From contig CATNEN010000005.1 of NCBI GenBank assembly GCA_950097015.1, forward strand, positions 1,984,001 to 2,048,000: a stretch of 64,000 nucleotides of DNA, read 5' to 3'. The position numbers and the translations under genes are program-made. Shown here in pieces: positions 61,821-64,000 of the stretch. Position 1 is the stretch's first letter, and every line of letters begins with the position of its first letter. The notes under the pieces were generated by a model that was not told the DNA's origin, did no database searches, and saw only the letters and a list, made by a program, of their open reading frames with translations. Origin of the DNA: Macrostomum hystrix. Its lineage: Eukaryota; Animalia; Platyhelminthes.

Positions 61821-64000
61821 GATAAGAGAAAAATCATAAATTCGATACGATTCCGAATTAAATAATTTGAAAATGAAACTCTGGTCGTTACATTCCTTTA
61901 TTGCGTTTTTTACAATTACGCAGTTGCAATTTTACTCCCTGAGACTGCATCATCTATGAACTCAACTTTCCAACTCTCACCTCACGCTCGATCTGAGTCA
62001 AACAGTATTAAAAATTATTTTATCTCCAAATACCGGACATTTTTCTTCATTTTCGGTAAATAATAAGATCGTAATGATAATGACGTAAACTGCGGCTTAG
62101 CGGGTATATTAGTATTTTTAGATTTTAATATTCTGCCCTTCCCACGTACCCTTCCTGATGACTTACCTTAACACGACTTTAAGCTGTCAAGTTCCCTCCC
62201 GGTCGCAAATTACGAGCGTATCTTATTTATCTCTTCGCCTGTCAAAATGCGCCCACACAGCTCCCTCGATTATACCTGATTTAGTACCCACCCCTTCTAC
62301 CTTTTTCCATCACGACATAGACATAAATCATTTCCTTCATTTTCATTCGCGTACCCGTACCCGACGCCGGCCAGTCAAAACTCTTCTTACGTAATTATCG
62401 CGCACCCACGGGTCAATTGGTCACGAGCTGATGCGCGCGATCATTACATGAGCACGTACGTCTCTGCTGGGCTCCATAATTAAGTGATTAGTATTGCGGC
62501 GCGCTGTTTCGAGCAGACCTACCCAACCTTTCGAGACTATTTTATTATCATTCCGGACCTTTACGATCTTTTACGACCTTTCCGATCTTTTGTGATCCTT
62601 TCGTGATCCGTTTGAAGTGCTTTTCTTACCTTCCTGACCGGGTTGGACCTTTGCTTAACTTTCGTCGACCAGTCACCGTTCCTGACGTTCGTCTTCCAAC
62701 CGTCCATCCGTCCCGACGCTTCGAACCAGGCCAGCTGCGTCACGCGTCTATCTAAGCGCATCCGCCACAACACTTGCGCAGAGTCGCGTCGCCGCGCCGC
62801 CTGACCTGCCTGAAGCCAGCGCTTCGTCACCGTATCGAGGATCGTGCCCCTAATTTGGATGTCTCGATCGCTCAAGCGCAAGGAATAATTCATAATTGTG
62901 CCAGTCACACTGTAGGCCCTTTTCACTCTCCTTTAATCTCTAATCTTTACTTTTTAATTTATCTATTCATTTCCGATATGAAACTAAATAGAAGGTTAAT
63001 TATATTAGTGGGGCTTTAGCAATCTACGAGACTTGAGAACAAGAGCTAAATCTTTGTTTAATTCCTAGGTAAATTGTGAATAGCGAAGAGCGAGTAAGCT
63101 AGTGCATTGCTACCTGCAAGACCATGCCAAGCTTGATGGCATGAGCCCGTCAGAGTGGATGATTTCGCGCAGCACAGAATTGAATTCCATCGACAGTTAG
63201 ACAGACGAATGAGTATTACAATGAAAACGAAAGCCTGATTAATTACAATGTATACTACACGTACGATTAATACCACAGTACATCTGTAATGTAATGCTAA
63301 TGTTAGGCAAATGCAAACAACGAATCTGATCTAATGTAATCATAGGCTTAGCTTAGGCATCGCACACCACACTACATGGAAACCGAACTTTAACATCATT
63401 TTCGGTCATAGACGTTGGAAATGAGCCTAAAGTACATTCTCTTTTAGAGCGGAGAAGCACCGTTTTTCGTCAGGGTCAGTTGGTTGTGCTGTCCAGTAGG
63501 TGGCAAGCAGGTCCTACAAGCACGTCGAGAGTAACCTCTCCTGCTACCTTAAATCATTCATTACTGAGCAGTAAAAAATTATATTTTATGAATTACAAAG
63601 TATAAAAAAACATCGTAAATTTATCTTCCCAAAAGCCCTAGAAACTACTTATTTTGGTCAGTTGTAGAAACTCCTAATAGATGCTCAAAATAGATCTCAA
63701 GTACATAAAAAAGAGTAAGATAAAAGGCTAGATTAGTGTAAGATACGTCGATAAGACACGCGGGAATCGAGTACAGTAATTGAATATTCTGGACTGCTAC
63801 AATAGGGAGAACCTATAGTGGCTTCTTACAGGAATCAGTTGTTAAAAGGCTTCTGAATTCGTGCTTATACGAGTATTAACAAAGATTGACTACTTCTGTT
63901 CAGTCCAGGGACTGGGGGTCGCAACACCCGCCCTCAATTACGCCAGATAATGCTGCATAGTTATACAGTTAACAGCGGGGTGAACTGAAGTAATACTGAG

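Noticed and set aside
63090-63560. Possible upstream Raf exons (e.g. MEFNSVLREIIHSDG...)
   Set aside because: No recognisable similarity and no phase-consistent link to the 58903-58787 exon could be established.

Overview
Eukaryotic (metazoan) genomic DNA with GT-AG introns and AT-rich introns and intergenic DNA. The style (poly-Q/poly-A proteins, GA/GACA microsatellites) is reminiscent of flatworms such as Macrostomum, but that is only an impression. Three host genes can be built by hand. (1) The 3' part of a large multi-exon cadherin on + (<1-17706): about 20 or more EC repeats, a membrane-adjacent domain, a TM helix and a tail ending -TAL. It contains an internally duplicated exon module and an intronic, internally deleted Ty3/gypsy element. 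(2) An intronless reticulon on - (26404-27213). (3) A B-Raf-like kinase on - (29168-58903) whose introns are swollen by different minisatellites, including a ~17.2 kb 24-bp array with higher-order structure inside the kinase domain. Between the cadherin and the reticulon lie a broken Crypton/DUF3504-type tyrosine recombinase with an adjacent 29-bp array, and an orphan 240-aa ORF. Two hAT-type MITEs with perfect 8-bp TSDs and a tRNA-derived SINE are also present. The huge ORFs at 29.8-47 kb are artefacts of the satellite. No clearly new multi-gene system can be proven from sequence alone. The best leads are the orphan ORF/tyrosine-recombinase block, the giant intronic array, a second CR2-like 14-3-3 motif in Raf, and a LIR-like motif in the reticulon.
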